Part shown: piece by piece, positions 16,963-27,596 of the stretch | Position numbering within the stretch: position 1 is the first letter of the stretch | Layout of the letters: each line of letters opens with the position of its first letter | Assembly (NCBI GenBank): GCA_963761865.1 | Contig: CAVXIE010000002.1 | Location: 274,595 to 338,594 of the forward strand | DNA from: Candidatus Staskawiczbacteria bacterium | GTDB lineage: Bacteria > Patescibacteriota > Minisyncoccia > Minisyncoccales > Staskawiczbacteraceae | Length of the DNA stretch: 64,000 nucleotides | Reading direction: 5' to 3' | Made by a program: the position numbers and the translations under genes | Notes under the pieces: generated by a model | What the model was told of the DNA's origin: nothing | The model's input: only the letters and a program-made list of their open reading frames with translations | Databases searched by the model: none

Positions 16963-16996
16963 AAAAAAAAGAACCTCGCACTCGAGGTTCTTTTTT
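16963..16996. terminator. bidirectional intrinsic terminator
   Basis: A8 - gaacctcg/cgaggttc - T6. Confidence 0.75.
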
Positions 16997-17005
16997 AATG
17001 CTGAG

Positions 17006-18355
17006 TTAAGGAATAATCGGCTCAGAAACAAGCAGGTTATTTTGGGTTAACATATATAATTTTTTATCTTGTTGATTGAAAAAGATATTAGGTTTTTCAA
17101 TTGAAAAGCTTTTACCGCTTAATGATATTGTTGATGGCAAGGTGATTTTGTTTATTGCACCCCTGGTATCAAGCTCTGATATGATAATAGAGTCTCCTGA
17201 TGTGAAAACAATATAATCGCTATTAAGCCACAGACAATTACCAATTTGATTCATATTTGAGGCCAAGATGCCATTTTTTTGATCAACCGAAGTCGGATAA
17301 TAAAGCATAATGCCACTATCATTATAATAAATAAATTTTTGCCCGTCGGGCGAACCCTTTATATCAATAATGGGCTGGTAGAAAGGTTCAAATTTACCGG
17401 TTGCTTCATTTAAAATAAACAAAGAACCGCCTTCTTCTAAAAATGTTTTTCCACCGATAATTTTTAGCTGGTAAATATCATTCTTATTAACAGAAAATGC
17501 CAGTTCCGTTATTTTAGCGGTTGAATTGTCGCTATTGCTGAAATTATACAAAAACCCATCCTGGGCAAAATATATAATATTTTGGTTTTGTATTTGATAC
17601 GAGATAATATTTTTTATGATTGCTGAGGTTTGTAAAGTTGAATAAAGGTTTTTATTTTTTATATAAAATATTTCGTTTAAGTCTTGAGGGTTAAAGCGCA
17701 GTTCTTTGGCGCCAACCAGGGATGGTATTGCAGAAATTACAGGCTTTCCCGAAGATAAGTCCAAAAGATAATAAGTATTGTTAATAGCAAGTATCGCTTT
17801 ATTTGAATTATCAGACCACTGAGTGTTTACTATTGCTCCATTCTTGAACACCAGTAAAAAAGGTTGCGCTTGGTTGGTGTTTAAATCTATTATTTGAAAG
17901 TTAATGTTTTTAGCATTAAACTCTGCTGTTAGCAAGGAAGTGTTGTTTGGCGCAGTGGAAAAGTAGTCAACATTTTCCGCCAAAGGAGTAAAGTTTATAT
18001 TCTTTTTGAATAAAACAACATTCTCAAGTTTAGTAACGGTATTTTCTTTAACCGGAAGGTTTTTTTGGTAATCATAATAGCCATCTTTTTGGATTAAGAC
18101 GTTATGCTGTGTTGGCAAAAGATTTTGCACGAAAATAGAATTTGAGAATATGCCGGTGGTATTTTTTATCTTTGAATCAATAGTGATATAAGCTCCCGTA
18201 GGAACTTCTCTGACGTATATTCCGCCGGTTGCTATAACCCTTAGGTTGATAAGGTCAATTCTATATCCCAAAGAGTAAAGAATGATAAGCGGTACCACTA
18301 TTACAAACAGCAGAATACATACGGCAAGCATTATTAGTTTGGTTTTTAGTTTCAT
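17006..18355 (-). CDS. membrane-anchored PEGA-domain / beta-propeller-like protein
   Basis: N-terminal TM, VLIQKDGYYDYQKNLPVKENTVTKLENVVLF (PEGA-like), long repetitive beta-rich region. Confidence 0.6.
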   Translation of the reverse strand: MKLKTKLIMLAVCILLFVIVVPLIILYSLGYRIDLINLRVIATGGIYVREVPTGAYITIDSKIKNTTGIFSNSIFVQNLLPTQHNVLIQKDGYYDYQKNLPVKENTVTKLENVVLFKKNINFTPLAENVDYFSTAPNNTSLLTAEFNAKNINFQIIDLNTNQAQPFLLVFKNGAIVNTQWSDNSNKAILAINNTYYLLDLSSGKPVISAIPSLVGAKELRFNPQDLNEIFYIKNKNLYSTLQTSAIIKNIISYQIQNQNIIYFAQDGFLYNFSNSDNSTAKITELAFSVNKNDIYQLKIIGGKTFLEEGGSLFILNEATGKFEPFYQPIIDIKGSPDGQKFIYYNDSGIMLYYPTSVDQKNGILASNMNQIGNCLWLNSDYIVFTSGDSIIISELDTRGAINKITLPSTISLSGKSFSIEKPNIFFNQQDKKLYMLTQNNLLVSEPIIP

Positions 18356-18515
18356 TTTGATTAATTGGCAATTCAGTATATGATACCCGATTTTTAGCTC
18401 AAAATCAAGCTTGCCTTCCGTGACTCAAAATTGAAGTTTGATTTTATCTATTCTTTGATATAGCATTATCGTAATCGTTTGTTCCTGTACAACTTAACAA
18501 GAAAGGCAGGTTTTT

Positions 18516-19424
18516 ATGATTACGCTTTCTAATGGCCATAGTTTTGAATATATGGTCTCAAGCGGGGCGCTGGCATTTGACGGTAAGGGTTGGCCGTGGG
18601 AACGGCTCCTCGTTCGGCTTGGGCTGATAATGCCGGAGCTTTTTACGGTTGTTCTTAAAACATTGACCTTAAAACCACGCAAAGGAAATTTACGATGGTG
18701 GAAGCCCTGGGAATGTGTTCGTTTGATTCCCGGCGGTTCGGACAACAAAGTCGGCCTCACCAACAAGGGAAATGACTGGTGGTGCGATAAGGTTGCGCCA
18801 CACATCAATTTCAAAAAGTATTCTATCGTGGGGTCAATCTACGGCTCCAGAACCGAATTGGTTCAAATGGCAGAGACATTTAACAGATTTGAAGTAAAGT
18901 CCCTTGAGGTCAATGCTTCCTGCCCTAATACCGGTCACCCCATGGAAGATGTAGGGATTGTTGTCGAAGATGTTAAAGCAGTCAAAAACGTTTCAGGGCA
19001 TCCGATTATCGTAAAAGTGTCGGTCGCTCAAGATTATTTGGCTATTGCCCAGGGTTTGAAAGGAATTGCAGAAGCAATATCTTTAAACAGCGTTCCGTGG
19101 GAAATAGTTTTTCCGGGCAAAAGAAGTCCGCTTTGGCGGCTTGAAAAGAAAGTTGGCGGCGGCGGAGGCGGAGTTTCAGGCAAGCCGGCCCAAAAATATA
19201 ATTGGGCGGCGGTTGAAGCTCTTGCTAAGCAGGGAGGGCTTCAGGTTATCGCTCCAAGTATCATGGAATTTGAAGACATTGACCATGTCAGAGACTTGGG
19301 CGCCGGCGCCGTAAGTTTTGGCACAATACACCTTCCCAGCCATCCGGTTTGGCTAAAACCTTGGACGATTTTCACCAACCCCTGCAAACCAACCCGTTTT
19401 GTTATGAGGGAAATTTTCGGATAA
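18516..19424 (+). CDS. dihydroorotate dehydrogenase-like TIM-barrel flavoprotein
   Basis: LEVNASCPNTGHP, IIVKVS, GGGGGGVSGKP, GAGAVSFGT; visibly GC-richer than flanks. Confidence 0.6.
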   Translation: MITLSNGHSFEYMVSSGALAFDGKGWPWERLLVRLGLIMPELFTVVLKTLTLKPRKGNLRWWKPWECVRLIPGGSDNKVGLTNKGNDWWCDKVAPHINFKKYSIVGSIYGSRTELVQMAETFNRFEVKSLEVNASCPNTGHPMEDVGIVVEDVKAVKNVSGHPIIVKVSVAQDYLAIAQGLKGIAEAISLNSVPWEIVFPGKRSPLWRLEKKVGGGGGGVSGKPAQKYNWAAVEALAKQGGLQVIAPSIMEFEDIDHVRDLGAGAVSFGTIHLPSHPVWLKPWTIFTNPCKPTRFVMREIFG

Positions 19425-19546
19425 TATCCGGATTTTTTCAAAGCTTTGTCGTTATCTTTTCGACAGAGCTTTTTATTTTTATGCTTACAGTCGGGTTGAT
19501 TTTGGGGGGAGTATGCGATATAATCAAAATATAATAAGTAAATCAA

Positions 19547-20692
19547 ATGAGGAAAAATATTGTAATAAATGACCCTAATGAGGCCGTTTTAATTAACGAA
19601 TTGAAAAAAAAGGCTGATGTTAAGTCAGAAAGAATTAAGCGACTGCTAGAATTTCAAGATTTAACAAAAAAAGAGCGCTCTCCGGTTAAAATTTTAATTG
19701 ACCGGATAACAAGTTTGCCAAGATTTAACAATTTTGACTTAGTTGATTTACCAAGAATTGTAACGGTTGAACAAAATTTTAACTTGTTAAACGCGCCGCA
19801 AGACCATCCAAGCCGAAGTGAATCTGATACCTATTATCTTGACGATTCTCATATTTTACGAACCCAAATGACCGTAATGTGGCCATTTTATTTAAAAGAT
19901 AAGAAAGTTTTGGAAACCTTACAAAAAGACGGCGAGGTAATGGCATTGGCTTCGGGAATTGTATTCAGAAAAGATGAGATAGACAGAAAGCATTTTCCGG
20001 CATTTCACCAAATAGACGGATTGCTCATTTGCAAAAAAGAAAAAAAAGTCATAACTTTGGATGACTTAAAAGAGGTTGAAACTGAAATGACGAAAAGCAT
20101 CTTTGGAGATGATGTTGAATACAGATTTTTGGTTGATGCTTTTCCATTTACGGATCCTTCTGTGCAGATTGAAATTAAATTTAACAACGATTGGATGGAG
20201 GTGGTTGGATCGGGTTTGGTTCATTCTCAAGTTCTCAAGAACTTAGGAATAAACCCGGAGGAATATAACGGCTGGGCATTTGGTTTTGGGATTGAAAGAT
20301 TAGCTATGGTGAAAATGCAAATTCCGGATATTAGAATTTTTTGGTCAGATGATCCAAGAATTATCAGTCAGTTTAAAGATATAAACAGCAAATATAAAGA
20401 AATCAGCAAATATCCGCCAATCTTAAGAGACATTTCTTTTATAATCAGCAAAGATGTAAATTTGAATAATTATTATGAATTGGTTCGTGACGAAGCAGGA
20501 GATTTAATTGAAGAAGTTAAGTTGACCGACGAATATGAAAACGACGAAAAATTCGGTAAAGATAAAAAAAGCTATACGTTTCATATAGTTTATAGATCCC
20601 TGGAAAAAACTTTGACCGACGGGGAAGTGGGTAAGATTCACGATAAAATTACGGAAAAAACAAAAAAGGAATTAGGCGCGTTAATCAGATAA
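19547..20692 (+). CDS. pheS: phenylalanine--tRNA ligase alpha subunit
   Basis: HPSRSESDTYYL, FRKDEIDRKHFPAFHQIDG, GWAFGFGIERLAM. Confidence 0.9.
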   Translation: MRKNIVINDPNEAVLINELKKKADVKSERIKRLLEFQDLTKKERSPVKILIDRITSLPRFNNFDLVDLPRIVTVEQNFNLLNAPQDHPSRSESDTYYLDDSHILRTQMTVMWPFYLKDKKVLETLQKDGEVMALASGIVFRKDEIDRKHFPAFHQIDGLLICKKEKKVITLDDLKEVETEMTKSIFGDDVEYRFLVDAFPFTDPSVQIEIKFNNDWMEVVGSGLVHSQVLKNLGINPEEYNGWAFGFGIERLAMVKMQIPDIRIFWSDDPRIISQFKDINSKYKEISKYPPILRDISFIISKDVNLNNYYELVRDEAGDLIEEVKLTDEYENDEKFGKDKKSYTFHIVYRSLEKTLTDGEVGKIHDKITEKTKKELGALIR

Positions 20693-20761
20693 TTTTTAAA
20701 TAAAAACCCAATAACATATTAGCTATTGGGTGTGGCGTATCACCTGAACGGAAAAACCATT

Positions 20762-20932
20762 TTAGTCTGTTTCTGGAAGTTTTTCGGTTTTTATGATTCT
20801 GGCGACTTGAACGTGATGGCGCATTTTATGTTGTGCATCTTCAGCGCTTTTAGCAGTAATCCATTCAGTTTTTTTTACTAGACCAAGAAGATGGATAGAT
20901 ACTTCAGCGGTTACAGCGTAGCAATGCTCCAT
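20762..20932 (-). CDS. small hypothetical protein (56 aa)
   Basis: AGGAG 7 nt upstream of ATG; followed by hairpin plus T-run (20701-20730, minus strand); MEHCYAVTAEVSIHLLGLVKK.. Confidence 0.4.
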   Translation of the reverse strand: MEHCYAVTAEVSIHLLGLVKKTEWITAKSAEDAQHKMRHHVQVARIIKTEKLPETD

Positions 20933-21020
20933 GGCGTTACTCCTTAAAGAACAAAATAGGGAATATTTTCAAAATTGTAAACAATTAGATTATTAAACTA
21001 TTTGAAACCTTTGTCAATGA

Positions 21021-21049
21021 TTGCCTGAGGATTAAGAATTTGGTAAAAT
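21021..21049 (+). promoter_or_regulatory. sigma70-like promoter with extended -10, upstream of gyrB
   Basis: TTGCCT - 17 nt (ending TGg) - TAAAAT. Confidence 0.5.
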
Positions 21050-21060
21050 GTACGTAATTG

Positions 21061-23350
<2,290 letters not shown>

Positions 23351-23354
23351 TAAA

Positions 23355-23663
23355 ATGGATTTTAAGGAAATAGAGGGAAAGGTTGTAAAAACTGCGGTTG
23401 ATTACGGTAAAAAATATAATATAAAGATTGATGAAGATTTTGCTTTGTTAAAATTATATGAAGAGGTTGGTGAGTTTTCGCAAGCAGTTTTGATACATAG
23501 AAAAAAGAGCAGACCGGAAAAATATATTAATCAGGAAAAATCTAAAGAGGAATTATCAAAAGAATTGGCAGATGTTTTGGGTTTAGTGATTATTAATGCA
23601 TATTTATTGGATATTGATTTAGAAAAGGCTTTAGATAGGAAATGGTTTAACCGTAAAAATTAG
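23355..23663 (+). CDS. MazG-like nucleotide pyrophosphohydrolase domain protein
   Basis: LKLYEEVGEFSQA and ELADVLGLVI motifs. Confidence 0.6.
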   Translation: MDFKEIEGKVVKTAVDYGKKYNIKIDEDFALLKLYEEVGEFSQAVLIHRKKSRPEKYINQEKSKEELSKELADVLGLVIINAYLLDIDLEKALDRKWFNRKN

Positions 23664-23680
23664 AAATTTAATTTAAATAA

Positions 23681-23703
23681 AAAACCGTCCTTAGGCGGTT
23701 TTT
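23681..23703 (+). terminator. intrinsic terminator
   Basis: ccgtcc/ggcgg hairpin plus T-run. Confidence 0.6.
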
Positions 23704-23759
23704 GATTGGTTGAAAAATATATTTAAAAGAGTAAGATGAAGAAGATAAAATACTAAAAC

Positions 23760-24371
23760 ATGAAAGTAATTATTGTAAGACACGCGCAAACCTATGAAAA
23801 TGTCAAAACAAATGATGTTGGTTATGATTTACAAACAAAATTAAATGAAGAAGGAATCAAGCAAGCCCAAAAAATATCCAAAAGATTAAAAAGCGAAGAT
23901 ATAAGTTATGCTTACACGAGTCCGCAAATAAGAACAGTTCATACTGCAAAGGAAATTTTAAAATATCATCCAAAAGCTAAGTTAATAAAAACAGAATATT
24001 TAAAAGAGCATAATCTGGGGATTTACGAAACAGTGCCAAAGAATATTTGGAAAGAAGTAAGAGCAAAATCAAAGAAACCATTTCATCTTTTTAAACCTAA
24101 AAACGGAGAATCTTATGCAGATTTACAAAAAAGAGTGAAAACATTTTTCAGTAATTTATTAGATAAACACGAGAACGATACCATACTAATTGTCAGCCAT
24201 GGAGTAACGATCGGAATGTTGCTGCTTAGTATATTTAATAAGCCGATTACCGAAGAAAACTATAGAGCTTTTAAGCCGGATAATACTGCGTTAACTGTGT
24301 TAGAAATTTTTAAAGATAAACCTGCAAAAATTCATTATTTCAATAACCTTGACCATCTTAATGAAACATAG
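23760..24371 (+). CDS. histidine phosphatase family protein
   Basis: IVRHAQT (RHG motif), SPQIRTVHTA, VSHG. Confidence 0.8.
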   Translation: MKVIIVRHAQTYENVKTNDVGYDLQTKLNEEGIKQAQKISKRLKSEDISYAYTSPQIRTVHTAKEILKYHPKAKLIKTEYLKEHNLGIYETVPKNIWKEVRAKSKKPFHLFKPKNGESYADLQKRVKTFFSNLLDKHENDTILIVSHGVTIGMLLLSIFNKPITEENYRAFKPDNTALTVLEIFKDKPAKIHYFNNLDHLNET

Positions 24372-24771
24372 AACCGGCCATTTCAGAATATTTAAAAGAG
24401 TAATAAAAATATATCGTCGCAGTCTTAAAGGCAAACGAAGTGATTATCTAAAATATAAAGAAACTGCAAGAATATTGGTGAAAAACAGAATTGATTATTT
24501 TAACAAGATATATAATTTTAAGGTAAATCGTGTTACTATAAAAAATCAGCGGAGTCGGTGGGGAAGCTGCAGTAAAAAAGGAAATTTAAATTTTAATTAT
24601 AAAATTGCTTTGCTTCCGAGCAGCTTAGCGGATTACGTGATTGTACACGAATTGTGCCATTTGAAGGAATTTAACCACTCAAAAAACTTCTGGGATTTGG
24701 TGAAAATATCCGTTCCGAATTATAAAGAAATAAGGAGAAAATTCAGACAACCCAACACCAATTTCAATTAA
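24361..24771 (+). CDS. YgjP-like (DUF45/M48-type) metal-dependent hydrolase
   Basis: RSRWGSCS and HELCHLKEFNHSKNFW zinc motif. Confidence 0.75.
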   Translation: MKHRTGHFRIFKRVIKIYRRSLKGKRSDYLKYKETARILVKNRIDYFNKIYNFKVNRVTIKNQRSRWGSCSKKGNLNFNYKIALLPSSLADYVIVHELCHLKEFNHSKNFWDLVKISVPNYKEIRRKFRQPNTNFN

Positions 24772-24928
24772 TTTTAGTGGTATGTCGTGTTAATTAGGCG
24801 AAGCGCCTCCGGCTGTCAATATAGTAATATAGGGTTTGTTGGTAAAATTGGTGAATGGGTTTCGCGGTGGCAAGGTAATTATATTCCGCCGCTCAAGAAA
24901 GAATTTAAAAAAATAATACTATAAACAT

Positions 24929-25183
24929 ATGTTCGACAACCTTAAAAAATTGCACGAGTTAAAGAAAATGCAGGATTCGTTTAAAAAAGAAAGGCTAACC
25001 GTTGAAAAAAAGGGAGTGTCGGTTACACTTAACGGAAATTTTGAAGTTGAAGACATCAAATTGAATTCGGAACTTGGTGTTGAAGATCAGCAAAATACGC
25101 TGAAAAGCGCGTTAAATGAAGCAAGGGAAAGTATTCAAAAAACCTTGGCGCAAAAAATGATGGCCTCTGGCATCGGGTTTTAA
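24929..25183 (+). CDS. ybaB: YbaB/EbfC family nucleoid-associated protein
   Basis: size 84 aa, LKKMQDSFKKERLTVEKKGVSVTLNGNFEVEDIKL pattern. Confidence 0.7.
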   Translation: MFDNLKKLHELKKMQDSFKKERLTVEKKGVSVTLNGNFEVEDIKLNSELGVEDQQNTLKSALNEARESIQKTLAQKMMASGIGF

Positions 25184-25193
25184 TTTTAAAAAT

Positions 25194-25946
25194 ATGTCAA
25201 AATATTATAATGCACATAGAGTAAGGGGATTATATGATCCAAAGTCATCGGAGCCATTTCGATTAAGTAGAAGTAGAATTGATTTATTCTTAAATTGTCC
25301 TCGTTGTTTTTATATTGATCGAAGACTTGGCACCGACCGGCCGCCGGGATTTCCATTTAGTTTAAACTCCGCAGTAGACAAACTTTTGAAAAAAGAATTT
25401 GATATACATAGAGCCGCGGGTACAGTCCATCCTTTAATGAAAGAGTACGGAATTGATGCAGTGCCTTTGGCGCACGAAAAAATGGATGAATGGCGTGATG
25501 CGCTCAGGCGAGGCATAACCTATTATGATAAGGCCACAAACTTTATGATAACCGGAGGAGTGGACGATGTATGGGTAAATCCAAAAGGAGAATTGATTAT
25601 TGTGGATTATAAAGCAACATCAAAAGATGACGAAGTAAGTTTGGATGCCGATTGGCAAATTGGATATAAACGTCAGATGGAAATATATCAATGGTTATTC
25701 AGAAAAAATGGGTTTAAAGTTTATAAAACGGGATATTTTGTATATTGCAATGGTGACAGCGACAAAGAGGCGTTTGATGCAAAATTGGAGTTTGATATAA
25801 AAGTTCTTCCATATACCGGCGATGATTCGTGGGTTGAAAAAACTATTGTTGATGCGTATAACTGCTTGAATGGCGATAAAATCCCGCCAGCAGGCGCTGA
25901 TTGCGATTATTGTCGTTACGTTAAGGCATTGGCAGCTTATACTTAA
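25194..25946 (+). CDS. PD-(D/E)xK nuclease superfamily protein, Cas4/RecB-like with four Cys
   Basis: N-terminal CPRC, DDVWV...IVDYKAT core, C-terminal CDYC. Confidence 0.65.
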   Translation: MSKYYNAHRVRGLYDPKSSEPFRLSRSRIDLFLNCPRCFYIDRRLGTDRPPGFPFSLNSAVDKLLKKEFDIHRAAGTVHPLMKEYGIDAVPLAHEKMDEWRDALRRGITYYDKATNFMITGGVDDVWVNPKGELIIVDYKATSKDDEVSLDADWQIGYKRQMEIYQWLFRKNGFKVYKTGYFVYCNGDSDKEAFDAKLEFDIKVLPYTGDDSWVEKTIVDAYNCLNGDKIPPAGADCDYCRYVKALAAYT

Positions 25947-25993
25947 CAGATATTGAGTCTTCACCCAAATTGCGCAATAATTTGAGTGAAGAC

Positions 25994-26022
25994 TTGACTT
26001 ACTGGTTTATTTCGGCTATATT
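25994..26022 (+). promoter_or_regulatory. sigma70-like promoter upstream of secE
   Basis: TTGACT - 17 nt - TATATT. Confidence 0.45.
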
Positions 26023-26040
26023 ATGTATATAAACAAATAT

Positions 26041-26058
26041 GGCCTTCGGGCCTTTTTT
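26041..26058 (+). terminator. UUCG-tetraloop hairpin plus T6 inside the secE leader (possible attenuator)
   Basis: ggccttcgggcc tttttt, 22 nt before the secE ATG. Confidence 0.5.
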
Positions 26059-26080
26059 AAAGCATTAAAACTGAATTTAT

Positions 26081-26278
26081 ATGGTAAATATAATAGAAAA
26101 AACAAAGTATTTTTTTAAGGAAGTATATGTTGAATTGAAAAAAGTCAGCTGGCTTTCCCGCAATGAAGTAATTCGCTATACCGTTATTGTGTTGGCAGTT
26201 ACTATCGTGGTGGCAGCATTTTTGGGCGGACTTGATTATTTCTTTTCGTCAGCAGTACAATCATTTGTATTAAAATAA
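26081..26278 (+). CDS. secE: preprotein translocase subunit SecE
   Basis: 65 aa, one C-terminal TM, ELKKVSWLSRNEV, directly upstream of nusG. Confidence 0.85.
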   Translation: MVNIIEKTKYFFKEVYVELKKVSWLSRNEVIRYTVIVLAVTIVVAAFLGGLDYFFSSAVQSFVLK

Positions 26279-26280
26279 AA

Positions 26281-26353
26281 ACTAGCTTCTAGGTTATAGC
26301 TTTTAGGTTATAGTCAGCAACTAACACCTAACACCTAAAACCTAAAACCTAAT
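26281..26353. repeat. TAG/CTA-word palindromic element (family C) with 7-nt periodic right arm
   Basis: actagcttctaggttatagcttttaggttatagtc ... actaacacctaacacctaaaacctaaaacctaat. Confidence 0.65.
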
Positions 26354-26356
26354 CAA

Positions 26357-26906
26357 GTGCCAAAACAAGTTATAGAACAAGAAAAAAATTGGTACGTTAT
26401 TCATACCTATTCCGGATATGAGGACGCAGTAGCAAAAAACCTTAAGCAAAGGATTGAGAGTTTAGGTATGGAAGGAAAAATTTTCAACGTGATTGTGCCT
26501 AAAGAAAAGAAAATAAAAATTAAAAACGGAAAAAGAAAAACCGTTGAAGAAAAAATTTATCCCGGGCTATGTATTGGTGGAAATGGTGGTTGATGATGAA
26601 TCCTGGTATGTGGTCAGAAACACGCCAAGAGTTACCGGATTTTTAGGAGCGGGGACTACGCCAATTCCTGTTTCAAAGGCAGATATGGATGATTTGATGA
26701 AACGAATGAATGTCGGCGAACCTGAATTTCAAATTGACTTTGAGATTGGCGCGAATGTTAAAATTGTTGACGGGCCATTTAAGGGATTTGAAGGAAAGGT
26801 TTCAGAAATTGATCAGGCAAGAGGAAAAATTAAAGTGTTGGTCAATATGTTTGGCAGAGATACACCGGTAGAGTTAGATTCATTGCAAATTCAGCTTATT
26901 AAATAA
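26357..26906 (+). pseudogene. nusG: transcription antiterminator NusG, one frameshift in a G-run near 26565
   Basis: NWYVIHTYSGYE ... IYPG | YVLVEMVVDDESWYVVRNTPRVTGFLG ... KVLVNMFGRDTPVEL in two frames; GTG start. Confidence 0.9.
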
Positions 26907-27046
26907 GCGAGCGTAGCGAAGACTTACCCCGCCCTCTATAAAATATGGAGCGCGGATAATTTAAAAATTAATTTAATGATAATGTAGCGTATTCGTTCAA
27001 CTAAGTTCCAAAAGCTTAGAGGGCGGGGTGCTCATTACATTAGTAA
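26907..27046. repeat. GC-stem palindromic element (family A)
   Basis: gcgagcgtagcgaagactta + ccccgccctcta (26927-26938) ... tagagggcgggg (27017-27028) + tgctcattacat. Confidence 0.85.
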
Positions 27047-27048
27047 AT

Positions 27049-27471
27049 ATGGCAAAAGAAGTTAAGGCAATAGTAAAAATTCAAATCGCAGCCGGGAAAG
27101 CAAATCCTGCGCCGCCAATCGGTCCAGCTTTAGCTCAGCATGGTTTAAATATTGCGGAATTTTGTCAAAAATTTAACGAGGCAACAAAGGATAAGATGGG
27201 TTATGTGATTCCGGCCGAAGTTACTATTTATAAAGACAGAAGCTATGTATTTAAACTGAAAACTCCATTAACTTCGGGTTTATTAAAAAAAGCCGCCGGA
27301 GTTGAAAAGGGATCAGGTGAACCAAACAAAAAAATGGTTGGAAAAATTACCAAAGCCCAATTAAAAGAAATTGCCGAAATGAAAATGGCAGACTTGAATA
27401 CAACCGACATTGAGCAGGCAATGAAAGTAGTAGGGGGAACAGCAAAGAATATGGGAATAGAAATTAAATAA
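27049..27471 (+). CDS. rplK: 50S ribosomal protein L11
   Basis: [33 protein letters not shown]. Confidence 0.95.
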   Translation: MAKEVKAIVKIQIAAGKANPAPPIGPALAQHGLNIAEFCQKFNEATKDKMGYVIPAEVTIYKDRSYVFKLKTPLTSGLLKKAAGVEKGSGEPNKKMVGKITKAQLKEIAEMKMADLNTTDIEQAMKVVGGTAKNMGIEIK

Positions 27472-27477
27472 AAAATA

Positions 27478-27504
27478 AAAGCCGCCTAATATGGGTGGTT
27501 TTTA
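27478..27504 (+). terminator. intrinsic terminator after rplK
   Basis: ccgcc/ggtgg hairpin plus T-run. Confidence 0.6.
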
Positions 27505-27596
27505 TTTGCGATGCGCCTTATTGACAAAATACTATAAATAGTGTTATTATTAGCAAAACAGAAACGAACTGAAACTCTTATCTCTAGGAGGTTACG

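Noticed and set aside
16667-17009. Track ORFs 16667..16981 (-) and 16740..17009 (+).
   Set aside because: They overlap each other, span two intrinsic terminators, and cover the repeat shared with 41974-42091, where no equivalent ORF exists. The region is better explained as non-coding RNA or repeat.
24772-24928. The intergenic region upstream of ybaB as SRP RNA (ffs often precedes dnaX-ybaB-recR).
   Set aside because: No GNRA-capped helix-8 motif or conserved AGCA/GGAA loops could be found by eye, so the region is left unannotated.
26318-26352. A 7-nt periodic CCTAAAA / CCTAACA run resembling telomere-type repeats.
   Set aside because: It is simply the right arm of a family C palindrome, complementary to the left arm, and internal to a gene-dense region.
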